DNA of 64,000 bases. Origin: Myxococcales bacterium (GTDB taxonomy: Bacteria; Myxococcota_A; Polyangia; Polyangiales; Polyangiaceae). A model generated the notes under the pieces. That model saw only the letters and a program-made list of their open reading frames with translations, did no database searches and was not told the DNA's origin. The stretch spans positions 1 to 64,000 of the forward strand of contig JAYTOU010000066.1 in assembly GCA_043747615.1 (NCBI GenBank), written 5' to 3'. Made by a program: the position numbers and the translations under genes. This document shows, piece by piece, positions 38,431 to 49,278 of the stretch; position 1 is the first letter of the stretch, and every line of letters begins with the position of its first letter.

Positions 38431-39301
38431 TCACCCAGAAATCGAGGAGGAGCTTGGCGAGCGCGGCGGGCTCGGTCCAGTGCATCATGTGCCCGGCGGA
38501 AGCGAGCTCCGCGCGCTGGACATGGCGGAAAGACGCGATGCGTTCCTCTTCGTCGATGGGATGAAACCCATCGGGGCCTCCGCCGATCGCGAGCACCGGG
38601 CAGGTCACCCGCACGGCAAACGAATTGAACACGCGCGAGAAGAACGGGACCGGCGACGTGGTGCGGTGGAGCGGATCGAAGGCCCATCGAACGCCGCTGC
38701 CGTCGGGGAGCTCGCGTACCAAATGCTTTATTCTACCGCTCAGAATGGTCGGATCGACCCTCGAGTGATTTCCGACGAGGCGTCGTAACGCGTCGTCCAT
38801 CGTGCCTACGGCGCGCGGCTCACGTGGCGTGGATCGCACTTGCTCGATCCATCGACGCATCCGGTCGGGAGCAACTTCGGGTGGATTGTCGGGCGGTCCC
38901 ATCCCCTCGAGAAGCGCGAGCTTGGTCACCCTCTCTGGAAACGCCCCCGCGTACAGCGACGCCACCGTGCCCCCCATCGAGTGGCCGACGAGCAAGAGCG
39001 GACTCTCCTCGGCCGACCCAGGCACGAGCACGCGAACGAGCTCCGCGACGTCGGCGACGTAATCGGCGAAATGATAGTAGCTTCCCTCGGGCGCGCGCGG
39101 CGCATCGCCGAACCCCCGCATGTCGGGGGCAAGCACGCGGAGCCCAGCTGCGACGAGGAGCGGGGCCACGAGGTCCCAGGAATTTCCGGCGTCCATGAAG
39201 CCGTGAACCAGAAGGGCCGTTCCCGACGCGCTCACCTCCGCGGGCGGGAGCCACTCCACGACGTGGTGCTCGAGACCGTTCGCTTTGACCCGCAAAGACA
39301 T
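38417..39301 (-). CDS. Alpha/beta-fold hydrolase
   Basis: HGFMD, DMRGFG, GHSMGG, GHMMH. Confidence 0.92.
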   Translation of the reverse strand: MSLRVKANGLEHHVVEWLPPAEVSASGTALLVHGFMDAGNSWDLVAPLLVAAGLRVLAPDMRGFGDAPRAPEGSYYHFADYVADVAELVRVLVPGSAEESPLLLVGHSMGGTVASLYAGAFPERVTKLALLEGMGPPDNPPEVAPDRMRRWIEQVRSTPREPRAVGTMDDALRRLVGNHSRVDPTILSGRIKHLVRELPDGSGVRWAFDPLHRTTSPVPFFSRVFNSFAVRVTCPVLAIGGGPDGFHPIDEEERIASFRHVQRAELASAGHMMHWTEPAALAKLLLDFWVTRSS

Positions 39302-39383
39302 TCCCATCGATCGAGCGGAACCTACCACGAAGGGGCGCTACTTGGTTTCCGCGGCGCGAACCGCTATAGCTCGCGCCTATTTA

Positions 39384-40391
39384 ATGAAGCATACGATCAC
39401 GCTGATCCCGGGTGATGGAATCGGGCCGGAAGTCGCCGAGGCCACCCAGCGTGTCCTCGAGGCGGCCGGAATGAGCATCGAGTGGGAAGTGCACCACGCC
39501 GGCGCGGCCGTCGCCGAGACCCAAGGCACCACACTCCCCGCGTCGGTGCTCGAGGCAGTCAAGCGCAACAAGGTAGCGCTGAAGGGGCCCATCGGAACGC
39601 CGATCGGCAAGGGCTTCCGGTCCGTCAACGTCACTCTGCGCCAGGCACTCGAGCTCTACGCGAACGTGCGTCCGGTGCGCAGCTTGCCCGGCGTCGAGCC
39701 TCGCTTCGAGGGGACGGACATCGTGATCATCCGAGAAAACACGGAGGATCTCTACGCCGGTCTCGAGCTCATGATCATGCCGGGGGTCGCCCAGTCCATC
39801 AAGCTCATCACCGAACGGAGCTGCCTCCGCATCTGCGAGTACGCGTTCGATTACGCCGAGCGCCTCGGCCGCCACCGCGTTACAGCCGTCCACAAAGCGA
39901 ACATCATGAAGCTCTCCGACGGGCTCCTCCTCGAGGTGTTCCGCCGCGTGGCGCTCAAGCACCCGCGCATCGAGCCGATGGAAATGATCGTCGACAACTG
40001 CGCGATGCAGATGGTGCGAAACGCCAACAAGGTCGACGTCATCGTCACCGAGAACCTCTACGGCGACATCCTCAGCGATCTCGGCGCAGGCCTGGTGGGC
40101 GGCCTTGGGATCGTGCCCGGCGCGAACATCGGAGCCGAAGCCGCGGTCTTCGAAGCGGTGCACGGGAGCGCTCCGGACATCGCCGGTAAAGGGCTCGCGA
40201 ATCCCACCGCCCTCGTGCAAAGCGCGGTGATGATGCTCCATCACCTCGGCGAGACCGACGCGGCGAACAAGATCGAAAAATCGATCATCGAAGTCTACCG
40301 ACGCGGCGACAAGAAGACGGCCGACCTCGGCGGCAGCGCCTCGACCACGGAATTCACCGACGCACTTTGTAACGAAGTAGCCACCGGTTGA
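39384..40391 (+). CDS. Isocitrate/isopropylmalate dehydrogenase family; likely NAD-dependent IDH
   Basis: PGDGIGPE, KGPIGTP..SVNVTLR, RENTE, HKANIMK, NLYGDILSD, EAVHGSAPDIAG. Confidence 0.92.
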   Translation: MKHTITLIPGDGIGPEVAEATQRVLEAAGMSIEWEVHHAGAAVAETQGTTLPASVLEAVKRNKVALKGPIGTPIGKGFRSVNVTLRQALELYANVRPVRSLPGVEPRFEGTDIVIIRENTEDLYAGLELMIMPGVAQSIKLITERSCLRICEYAFDYAERLGRHRVTAVHKANIMKLSDGLLLEVFRRVALKHPRIEPMEMIVDNCAMQMVRNANKVDVIVTENLYGDILSDLGAGLVGGLGIVPGANIGAEAAVFEAVHGSAPDIAGKGLANPTALVQSAVMMLHHLGETDAANKIEKSIIEVYRRGDKKTADLGGSASTTEFTDALCNEVATG

Positions 40392-40400
40392 GCTGAGGTC

Positions 40401-42137
40401 GTGGCGGAGCACGAGGTTCTCGTCTTTCTCCTCGCGCTGGCGTGCCTGTTGGCCGTGGCTCGGGTGTTCGGCGAAATCGCCCGCAAGTTCGGAATACCGC
40501 TCGTCGTCGGAGAGATCATGGCCGGCCTATTCCTCGGCCCCACGATCCTGGGTCGCGTAGCCCCGCATTCCTACGGCTGGCTCTTTCCGGGTGGTGGCGC
40601 GCAGAAAATGCTCAGCGGCTACACCACCGTCGCCGTCGTCTTGCTGCTCGTGCTCGCAGGCACCGAGGTCGATCTGGCGATCGTCAAGCGCCGCGGTCGC
40701 GCTGCCCTCTACACGAGCCTGTTGGGCATCGTGCTCCCCCTCGGTGGCGGGCTGCTCCTCGGATTTCTTCTCCCCGATTCGGATCTCGTTCGCCCGAACC
40801 AGCGCGTGCTCTTTGCGCTCTTCATCGGCGTGGCCCTTTCGATCTCCGCGCTTCCGGTGATCGCGAAGACCCTTCTCGATCTTGGGCTCTTCAAGACCGA
40901 CATCGGTCTCCTCATCATGGCCGCGGCGATGATCGACGACCTGGCCGGGTGGTTGGCGTTCTCGGTGCTCGTCAACCCGATGCAGGGGAGCGCCCTCGAC
41001 TTCCGGCAGGTGGGTACCACCCTCGCGCTCACCATAGCCTTCGCGGGCGTCATGCTCGCGGTCGGGCGTCCGGTCGTGAACTACCTGCTCGGTGCCCTCG
41101 GAGAGCAGAAAAACGCGCCAGGCCGGATCCTCTCACTTCTCATCTTGCTCGGTCTGTTCGGCGCCGCCGCGACCCAAGCCATGGGCATTCACGCCGTCTT
41201 CGGTGGGTTCATCGTCGGCATCACGGTCGGCGATTCCCCCCGATTGAAGGGGCACACGCGCGCCGTCATCCACGAGTTCGTGACGAACATCTTTGCACCC
41301 GTGTTCTTCGCGTCGCTCGGTCTCCACGTCGATTTCTTGCGGGCCTTCGACCTCCGTCTTTGCACCCTGGTCTTCGTGATCGCCACGGCCGCGAAGGTGA
41401 TCGGTTGCACCCTGGGAGCGCGCCTCGGTGGCATGCGTTTACGCGAGGCGGCCGCCGTCGGGTTCGGGCTGAATGCACGGGGAGCGATGGAAATCATCCT
41501 CGCCCTGCTCGCGCTCGATGCCGGTCTCATCCGCGAGCGGGTGTTCGTCGCCCTCGTCACCATGGCGATCCTCACCTCTCTCGTCAGCGGCCCGATGATG
41601 AAGCTTCTCCTCGGCCAGCCTAGGAAAGAAGAAGAGCTCGTGGTGTCTCTTCTTCGCGGCGGCGCGTTCATCCAGCGTCTAGAGGCGACGACCTCGAGCT
41701 CGGCGATCTCGGAGCTGGTCGGCGCGCTTGCTGCCCAGCTCGGAGACAAAGTCCCGCATGCACGGACCAGCGTCATCGAGCGCGAGCAGGTCGCGGCCAC
41801 CGGCCTTGGTGACGGAGTCGCGATCCCGCATGCCGCCGTGCGTGGGCTGACCAGACCGATCCTTGCGCTCGGTCTCACCCACGATGGAATCGATTTCGAC
41901 GCTCCCGATGGAAGGCCGGCGAACATCGTCTTCTTGCTGCTTTTGCCGGAGGGAAAGTACGAAGAAGAAGTGCGCGTCCTCGCTTCGATCGCCCGCTCGG
42001 TCATCGACGGCAGCGGACGCCTTCGTCTCCTCCAAGCCAACGGTCTCGGCGAAGCCCTCGGCGTGCTCGCCGCAAACGCCAAGGCCATGGCCCTCCGCGC
42101 TGGCTCCCGCGCGCCTCCCGCGCTCGCCGATCTCTAG
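40401..42137 (+). CDS. CPA2 cation:proton antiporter fused to a PTS EIIA domain
   Basis: GEIMAGLFLGP, SISALPV, AMIDD, FFASLG, NARG; C-terminal ERE..TGLGDGVAIPHA..DFDAPDG. Confidence 0.9.
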   Translation: MAEHEVLVFLLALACLLAVARVFGEIARKFGIPLVVGEIMAGLFLGPTILGRVAPHSYGWLFPGGGAQKMLSGYTTVAVVLLLVLAGTEVDLAIVKRRGRAALYTSLLGIVLPLGGGLLLGFLLPDSDLVRPNQRVLFALFIGVALSISALPVIAKTLLDLGLFKTDIGLLIMAAAMIDDLAGWLAFSVLVNPMQGSALDFRQVGTTLALTIAFAGVMLAVGRPVVNYLLGALGEQKNAPGRILSLLILLGLFGAAATQAMGIHAVFGGFIVGITVGDSPRLKGHTRAVIHEFVTNIFAPVFFASLGLHVDFLRAFDLRLCTLVFVIATAAKVIGCTLGARLGGMRLREAAAVGFGLNARGAMEIILALLALDAGLIRERVFVALVTMAILTSLVSGPMMKLLLGQPRKEEELVVSLLRGGAFIQRLEATTSSSAISELVGALAAQLGDKVPHARTSVIEREQVAATGLGDGVAIPHAAVRGLTRPILALGLTHDGIDFDAPDGRPANIVFLLLLPEGKYEEEVRVLASIARSVIDGSGRLRLLQANGLGEALGVLAANAKAMALRAGSRAPPALADL

Positions 42138-42149
42138 CGGTTTTCGAGC

Positions 42150-42869
42150 CTAGAAGCGCTCCTTCGGCTCGTCCTTCGAGATCACTTCGACCTTCGGGAG
42201 GACTTCTTTCGCGAAGCGATCTCGCACTTCACGCGCGCGCGCTTCGTCCTCACGCGAAGGAATGGCAATGCCAACGACGAGGCATGCTCCCTTCCACGCC
42301 GGGTATGCCGAGTACGCCGCGGCATAGCTCTCGTGATCGGCGATCGTCGCCGTTTTCGCGAAGACCGCATCGGTGTCGAGCACCTCGCGATGCCACATGA
42401 ACGCGCTCGGCGGGTCGTGATTGACCTGCACGTCGAAGGACTCGAGCCACGGATTGGCCCACGCCGCAAAGCTCTTCATGCACGCGCCGGGGACGGCGTT
42501 GTCGTCGACGTGGGTGATGAACGCGCCGACGATCGCGTGGTGCTCTTTGCCGTAGCGGAATCCGACCAAGCTCGGCACGCCCCAGAACTTCACGCGCATC
42601 CAATTTCCGGCGTCCGGCAAGAGGACTCGAACGCTGCGTTGCTTGTCGTCGCGGTACTCGAGCGGTCCTATCTTGAGCTGCTCGAGGGCCGCGGAGTGAG
42701 AGGTTCCACCGGCGCCGCCTTGGGCAGCTTTACCGTCGTCCTTGGGGGGCGGGGCCGCGGCCACCGGGATGTTTGGCGCGCTCGCCGCTCCCGTGCAGCC
42801 GACGGTGGCCGTGGTCGCTGCAGTGGCGGCGAGGAAGATCAGGGACGGTAGGTTCGTAAGACGGGTCAC
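42150..42869 (-). CDS. Hypothetical lipoprotein
   Basis: Signal peptide ending TVGC; GAGG RBS; high GC3. Confidence 0.7.
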   Translation of the reverse strand: MTRLTNLPSLIFLAATAATTATVGCTGAASAPNIPVAAAPPPKDDGKAAQGGAGGTSHSAALEQLKIGPLEYRDDKQRSVRVLLPDAGNWMRVKFWGVPSLVGFRYGKEHHAIVGAFITHVDDNAVPGACMKSFAAWANPWLESFDVQVNHDPPSAFMWHREVLDTDAVFAKTATIADHESYAAAYSAYPAWKGACLVVGIAIPSREDEARAREVRDRFAKEVLPKVEVISKDEPKERF

Positions 42870-43034
42870 GATGGCCTCTCATTACTCTTGGACGAAAGCG
42901 GCGCGAACGCCAGAGTCCGTGAACCCTGACACCCACGCCATGGGGGCGGCACAACTGTCGCCCATTTCGGCCCGTGAACATCGCAGAAACCTGGGGACCG
43001 GACGTGGGCACGCGGCGTGCTTTACCAGGTCTCG

Positions 43035-43247
43035 ATGAGCATGGTGACCTCGCGCTCCTGGCTTCTCGCGCTGCCCCTCTTGACCGCCCTTTCGGGGGGT
43101 CTTGGGGCTCTCAGCAGCAGCTTCGAGGGCAATAACGTAGCGCCTCCCTGGCAGGCGTGCCCCCAAAACGTCGTCGCTCCGGCCCCCCAAGTTGCTCCCC
43201 GACCGCCCCCTCCGCCTTCGGATGAGGGCGAGTCCACGGTTGCGTAG
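43035..43247 (+). CDS. Possible small exported protein
   Basis: Hydrophobic N-terminus, Pro-rich tail; directly precedes the next gene. Confidence 0.4.
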   Translation: MSMVTSRSWLLALPLLTALSGGLGALSSSFEGNNVAPPWQACPQNVVAPAPQVAPRPPPPPSDEGESTVA

Positions 43248-43259
43248 TATCGTAGCGGA

Positions 43260-44510
43260 GTGCGGGTCCGGAGCTCTTGGTGGTGGTGGACGGCTCTTCT
43301 GCCGGCGCCCCTGATCGCAGTCGTTCTCGCGGGGACGCTCGCAAAGTGCCAGATCTACGAGCCCTCGCTGCTCGAGGTGGCCGAAGGCGGACCAACCGTC
43401 GGCGGGGGCATCGGCTTTTGGTCTCACCCGGGCCCAAGCGGATGCTTCAGCGCGGAGTCTCCCACGGCAGAGGAGCACCCTTCACCGCAGCCAGGTGACA
43501 GCCTTCCCCCGATTTACTTGGCGATTCGCTCCATGCGTCTGGGAAGCCTCGACCCCGACGGGAACCCGAGCAAGACGGCGTGGCAGGACATCGGCTTCGA
43601 CCTGGACAATACGTGCACGACGTCCGGGACCTGCCCGTCGGATCCGAGCAAGCCAAGCGTCTCGTGCAAGCCCACCGGCTCGGCGGTCGCCTTCGATGGG
43701 AATTATTGCCGAGACAACACCTTCGGCCGACTCGAGATCCTTGCCTCCTCGATCTCCGAAATCGGCGGTAAATATGGCCTGAACGACGACGCCTTCAATT
43801 GCGCGCTGTGCGTCGGGGCGTACAACTTCATCATCAAGATCTCGAACTACAACGGCACCGCAAACGACGATGTCGTGAGGCTCGACGCGTACCCATCCCC
43901 AGGCCTCGACCCGATCCTTCCGTGGAACTGCGCGACAACGGACTGGAAAGCTCATCCTTGCTTCACCGCGGACCAGCCGCTCACCGTGCAAGACGTAGCC
44001 GTGCAGCAGCCACGGGGCGGACCGGATCTGCCAGACGCCGTGCTTTTTTCCGACACCGCGTACGTCCGTGACGGCTACCTCGTGATGATCTTGCCGCCAG
44101 ACTCGCTGCTTCTCTTTCCGGGAAAAAAGGCGCTGGCGACAGCCTTCCCGGTGAAGTTCGCGCGCGGCATTTTCACCGGACACCTCGGGCGAGCGCGGGA
44201 CGGAACGTGGAAAATCGAGGACGGCAACATGGGCGGCACGACCACCGAGGTAGAGACGCTGAAGAGCTTTCGTGAGATCGGGTTCTGCGAGAGCGATCCA
44301 AATTTCAAGCTGATGGCGACCTTTCTTCACGACAACCTCGACATCCTGTCGACCAGGGAAAGCAACCCGGGAGCGACCTGTGATTCGGTGTCGATCGGGC
44401 TCGGCTTCACAGCCACGCAGGCGACAGCAGGCAGGCTCGTCCACGTCGATCCGCTGGTGGAATGCGGCGGCGACGCGGGGGTCAAGGATGCCGACGTAGG
44501 CGGAAATTAG
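43260..44510 (+). CDS. Cys-rich exported hypothetical protein
   Basis: Signal/lipobox-like LAKC; many Cys; GFDLDNTCT and [11 protein letters not shown] motifs. Confidence 0.75.
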   Translation: MRVRSSWWWWTALLPAPLIAVVLAGTLAKCQIYEPSLLEVAEGGPTVGGGIGFWSHPGPSGCFSAESPTAEEHPSPQPGDSLPPIYLAIRSMRLGSLDPDGNPSKTAWQDIGFDLDNTCTTSGTCPSDPSKPSVSCKPTGSAVAFDGNYCRDNTFGRLEILASSISEIGGKYGLNDDAFNCALCVGAYNFIIKISNYNGTANDDVVRLDAYPSPGLDPILPWNCATTDWKAHPCFTADQPLTVQDVAVQQPRGGPDLPDAVLFSDTAYVRDGYLVMILPPDSLLLFPGKKALATAFPVKFARGIFTGHLGRARDGTWKIEDGNMGGTTTEVETLKSFREIGFCESDPNFKLMATFLHDNLDILSTRESNPGATCDSVSIGLGFTATQATAGRLVHVDPLVECGGDAGVKDADVGGN

Positions 44511-44575
44511 GGGATCATCGGAACCTGGGGGAGCACCCTCGCGCCCGCCGGCGAAGTGCGGTAAATGCGCGGGTA

Positions 44576-46381
44576 ATGAGCGACAAGTCGAACAGCCCCC
44601 TCCCTAAGAATTTGCAACTGACCGCCTGGGTCAACGAGATGGCCAAGCTCACCAAGCCCGACGCCATCGTGTGGTGCGACGGCACGGAGGAAGAGCGAGC
44701 GCGGTTCACGGCTGAGGCCGTGAAGAGCGGCATCCTCACCCCGCTGAACCAGGAAAAACTACCCGGCTGTTACCTCCACCGTTCCAACCCGAACGACGTG
44801 GCCCGCGTCGAGAACCTCACCTTCATCTGCACGCCCACGAAGGAAGAGGCGGGGCCAACCAACAACTGGATGGCGCCGAAGGATGCCTACGGGAAGCTCG
44901 GGGCGCTCTTCGACGGATCAATGAAGGGCAAGACGATGTACGTCGTGCCGTACATCATGGGCCCGCCCGGCTCGCCGATGTCGAAGGTCGGCATCGAGAT
45001 CACGGACAGCATCTACGTCGTCCTCAACATGCGAATCATGACCCGCATGGGGAACGTCGCTCTCGAGCAGCTCGGCGATTCGAACGAGTTCAACCGGGGC
45101 CTGCACTCGGTGCTCGACTGCAACCCGGAGCGGCGCTTCATCTGCCACTTCCCCGCAGACAACACGATCTGGTCGATCGGTAGCGGCTACGGCGGCAACG
45201 TCCTCCTCGGCAAGAAATGCCTCGCCCTCCGCATCGGATCGTACCTCGGAAAAAAAGAAGGCTGGCTCGCGGAGCACATGCTCATCCTCGGCGTCGAGAG
45301 CCCCGAGGGAGAAATGACCTACGTCACCGCCGCGTTCCCTAGCGCCTGCGGGAAGACGAACTTCGCGATGATGATCCCTCCGGCCCGTTTCAAGGGTTGG
45401 AAAATTTGGACGGTCGGTGACGACATCGCGTGGATGAAGGTCGACGAAGAAGGGAAGCTTCGGGCCATCAATCCAGAGGCCGGCTACTTCGGCGTCGCCC
45501 CGGGCACGAACTTCAAGAGCAACCCCAACGCGATGAAGACCATCGCCAAGGACACCATCTACACCAACGTCGCGGTGACCGCCGATGGCGACGTGTGGTG
45601 GGAAGGAAAAGACGGAGACGTGCCCGACGAGCTCACGGACTGGCAAGGCCGCCCGTGGAAGAAGGGCTCCACCGAAAAAGCCGCGCACCCGAACTCGCGG
45701 TTCACCGCGCCGATGAAGAACAATCCGGTGCTCTCCCGCTTCGCCGAAGATCCGGACGGCGTTCCCATCTCGGCGATGATCTTCGGCGGGCGTCGCGCAT
45801 CGACCATCCCACTCGTCATGCAAGCCTTCAACTGGACGCACGGCGTCTTCTTCGGCTCGGCCCTCGGCTCCGAGACCACCGCTGCCGCCACCGGCAAAGT
45901 CGGCGTGGTCCGCCGTGACCCGTTCGCGATGCTTCCCTTCTGCGGCTACAACATGGGCGACTACTTTGCGCACTGGCTCGAGATGCAAGCAGCGATCGTC
46001 AACCCGCCGCGCGTTTTCATGGTGAACTGGTTTCGCCAAGGAAAAAACGGCAAATTCCTGTGGCCGGGATTTGGCGAGAACATGCGCGTCCTCAAGTGGA
46101 TCGTCGATCGAGCGCGCCTCCGCGTCGGCGGTCAAGAGACTCCGTTCGGCTGGGTACCGCGCGCGGGAGATCTCGATCTGTCGGGAATCGACGTTCCGCA
46201 TGATCAGGTGAACGACGCGACGGCGATCGATCTCGACGAGTGGAAGACGGAGCTCGAAGGTCACGCCGAGTTCTTCGAGAAGCTCGGAACGCACATGCCC
46301 GAGGCGCTGCAGCTTCAGCGTAAGTTGTTCTTGGCGCGCATCGACGCGATGAAGAAGCGCAGCTGGCGCAACGTCGAGTAA
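44576..46381 (+). CDS. pckG: Phosphoenolpyruvate carboxykinase (GTP)
   Basis: [40 protein letters not shown]. Confidence 0.97.
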   Translation: MSDKSNSPLPKNLQLTAWVNEMAKLTKPDAIVWCDGTEEERARFTAEAVKSGILTPLNQEKLPGCYLHRSNPNDVARVENLTFICTPTKEEAGPTNNWMAPKDAYGKLGALFDGSMKGKTMYVVPYIMGPPGSPMSKVGIEITDSIYVVLNMRIMTRMGNVALEQLGDSNEFNRGLHSVLDCNPERRFICHFPADNTIWSIGSGYGGNVLLGKKCLALRIGSYLGKKEGWLAEHMLILGVESPEGEMTYVTAAFPSACGKTNFAMMIPPARFKGWKIWTVGDDIAWMKVDEEGKLRAINPEAGYFGVAPGTNFKSNPNAMKTIAKDTIYTNVAVTADGDVWWEGKDGDVPDELTDWQGRPWKKGSTEKAAHPNSRFTAPMKNNPVLSRFAEDPDGVPISAMIFGGRRASTIPLVMQAFNWTHGVFFGSALGSETTAAATGKVGVVRRDPFAMLPFCGYNMGDYFAHWLEMQAAIVNPPRVFMVNWFRQGKNGKFLWPGFGENMRVLKWIVDRARLRVGGQETPFGWVPRAGDLDLSGIDVPHDQVNDATAIDLDEWKTELEGHAEFFEKLGTHMPEALQLQRKLFLARIDAMKKRSWRNVE

Positions 46382-46383
46382 CG

Positions 46384-46860
46384 TCAGTTACTCGAGTGCT
46401 CGATGTACCAGGAGCCGTTGATGCGGCCGTAGTTGAGCGCGAAGGTAGCCGGCCTGCCGTGATCGGTGTCTCGCACGAGGGGTGACTTCGAGCCATTCGA
46501 GACCCAGAGGATCCCTTTCGAGGTTCCCGACGTGGCGATTCCATCACGGAAAATGGCTATTTCTACGTCTCCGCTGGGGCGGATGGCCACTTGGTGCGCG
46601 CCGACGACGTGGAGCAGATCGCGGTAGTGATTCTAGCGAAGTGCGCCGAGCCCGGTGCTCGCCAGCATCCCGGCTTCGTCGACGTTCGCGGCTCCGCCGC
46701 ACGTCCAGGCGCCGCCATCGGTCCAGCAGTTTCCGACGTGGTCTTCACCGACGACGGCGATGACCGCGTCTGCGGTGATCATCGCGCGGAGCTCGTCGAA
46801 CGCGGGGGCTTGGCGTGCGTGGAGGTTGCGGAGCTCGCGAAGACCGGCGTCGAGGCTGAA
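46384..46860 (-). pseudogene. Decayed hypothetical gene with in-frame TAG at 46633-46635
   Basis: One frame reads FDELRAMITAD..GLGALR*NHYRDLL..GSWYIEHSSN with high GC3 on both sides of the stop; 5' end unclear. Confidence 0.55.
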
Positions 46861-47036
46861 AATGTACGAAAAAGTAAGCTCGTGATGCGTTCCCCGGTAT
46901 CTACGCCCGCGACCGTCCGCCCCTTCCCGCGACTTTTTTTCTGGGGCTACGTGGCGTAACGTTTAACGCGCGACACGACCTCGCGAAGGTCGGCTAGGCT
47001 CGCGAGTCCCCCTGAATTCCCCCGGAGAAGCCGCAC

Positions 47037-49011
47037 ATGAGTGACGGGATCGAGTCACGCCTCAAGGAAGAGCGCCGGTTCGTACCGAGCGCGGAGTTCA
47101 CCGCCCACGCCCGCGTCAAATCGCACGCTGAGTACGAGGCACTGCACGCTCGCTCGCTCGATTCGCCGGAGGAGTTCTGGCGCGAACAAACGGGCGATCT
47201 CGTGTGGCGAACGCCCCCCAAGAAATTTCTGGAGTGGGAGCTTCCCAAGGCAAAGTTCTTCGAGGGTGCGACCCTCAACATCACGGAGAGCTGCCTCGAT
47301 CGTCACCTCGCGACGTCGACGCGCACCCGGGCAGCGATCGTCTGGGAGGGGGAGCCGGGGGAGACGCGCACCCTCACGTATTTCGAGCTCCATCGCGAGG
47401 TCGTACGCATGACCGCCGCCCTGGCAACGCTCGGGGTCGTCGCCGGGGATCGCGTCGCGATCTACATGGGGATGGTGCCGGAGACGGCGATCGCCATGCT
47501 GGCCTGCGCGCGCCTCGGTGCACCGCACTCGGTGATTTTCGGGGGATTCAGCGCCGATGCTCTGCGCGACCGGGTGAACGATCTCGGCGCGAAGATCCTC
47601 ATCACCCAGGACGCCGCCTACCGCCGAGGCAACCTCGTTCCGTTGAAGAAGATGGCGGACGAAGCGGTCGCGCAGGCGCCTTCGATCGAAAAGGTGATCG
47701 TCTTTCGTCGCCTCGGAGCGCACGTCATGCCGGTTCACATGCAAGAGGGGCGCGACATCTGGTGGGACGATCTGCTCGAGCGCAAACCGATCGACGCGAT
47801 CTTGAAGTTCGCTAAATCACCGCCGGCATTCGACGCCGAGCACCCGCTCTTCGTTCTTTATACATCCGGCTCCACAGGGAAGCCGAAGGGCGTGCTTCAC
47901 ACGACGGCGGGCTACCTCGGGCGTGCACGTGAGCGCCAAACACGTATTCGATCTCAAAGACACGGATCTCTACTGGTGCACGGCGGACGTCGGCTGGGTC
48001 ACTGGTCACAGCTACATCGTGTACGGACCGCTCTCCTGCGGCGCGTCGTGCTTGATGTACGAAGGGGCCCCGAACTGGCCGGATCCGGGCCGCTTCTGGA
48101 ACATCATCGAGAAGCACGGCGTCACGATTCTCTACACTGCGCCGACGGCGATCCGCGCCTTCATCCGCTGGGGAGACGAGTGGCCGCAGAAATCCGATCT
48201 CTCGAGTCTCCGTCTCTTGGGCAGCGTCGGCGAGCCGATCAATCCGGAAGCGTGGACCTGGTATCACCGCGTCGTCGGTGGCGGCCGATGCCCCATCGTC
48301 GACACCTGGTGGCAGACAGAGACGGGCTGCATCATGCTCACCACGCTCCCGGGCGCGTGCTACTCGAAGCCGGGCGCAACCGGCCTTCCCTTCTTCGGCG
48401 TCGACATCGACGTGGTGAAAGATCGCGGCGAGCCGTGCGGGAAGAACGAAGGCGGCAAGCTCGTGATCAAGCGGCCGTGGCCGTCGATGGCGCGCACCCT
48501 ATGGGGCGACGACGACCGCTATCTTCAAGCGTATTGGAACGTGATGGAGGGCGTGTACTTCACCGGTGACGGCGCTCGCCGCGACGAAGACGGCTACTTC
48601 TGGGTGGTCGGTCGCATCGACGACGTCCTCAACGTCGCCGGTCACCGCATCGGCACAGCGGAGATCGAGAGCGCGCTCGTCAGTCATCCGATGGTCGCGG
48701 AGGCCGCGGCGGTCGGAAAACCAGATGAGCTCAAGGGCCAGGCGCTCGTCGTCTTCGTCACTTTGAAGGGCAATCAAAAAGCCGACGCCACCACCAAGGC
48801 AAAGCTCACCGAGCACATCGAAAAAGAGATCGGAAAGTTCGCGCGCCCCGATCAGATTCGTTTCGCCGACTCGCTTCCGAAGACGCGCAGCGGAAAAATC
48901 ATGCGCCGCCTCCTGAAGGAAATTGCGTCGGGCTCACTCGAGACCAAGGGCGACACCTCCACCCTCGAAGACCTCAGCGTCCTCGCAAAGCTTCGCGCCG
49001 ACGAGGAATGA
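47037..49011 (+). pseudogene. acs: Acetyl-CoA synthetase, frameshifted at ~47919
   Basis: N-half ([12 protein letters not shown]) in the 47037 frame; C-half ([23 protein letters not shown]) in the 47923 frame. Confidence 0.9.
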
Positions 49012-49016
49012 TTCAT

Positions 49017-49140
49017 CAATAAAAAGCCCCTCTCGTGCATCTTGGGAAACGGCGCGCCTTCAGGGCGGAGCGGTCAATGGACACGCACCGCGCTACGCAC
49101 CGCCTCGGGGGATCGACGCACGAGAGAGGGGTTCACTCCG
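49017..49140 (-). ncRNA. Candidate structured small RNA (long hairpin plus U-tract)
   Basis: Arms 49027-49041 and 49115-49131 pair; nested inner stems; minus-strand TTTTT after the stem; TTGAGC-N19-TAAGGT upstream. Confidence 0.45.
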
Positions 49141-49278
49141 AAGTACCTTATTGGTCTCGCTCCTTTCTGGCTCAACCGCATCGAGCCGCTCTGGGTATGA
49201 GACAGCCGAGCCTCGAACTTCATTCCGCGCGGTCCACGGTTGCGTACACGCGCGCCCATCTCTACGTTGCAGTCCGAC

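Noticed and set aside
49017..49140. Assignment of the hairpin as SRP RNA, tRNA-Sec, retron msDNA or Pxr
   Set aside because: No SRP helix-8 motif, no T-loop/CCA, no adjacent reverse transcriptase, and no recognisable similarity to Pxr or its gene context
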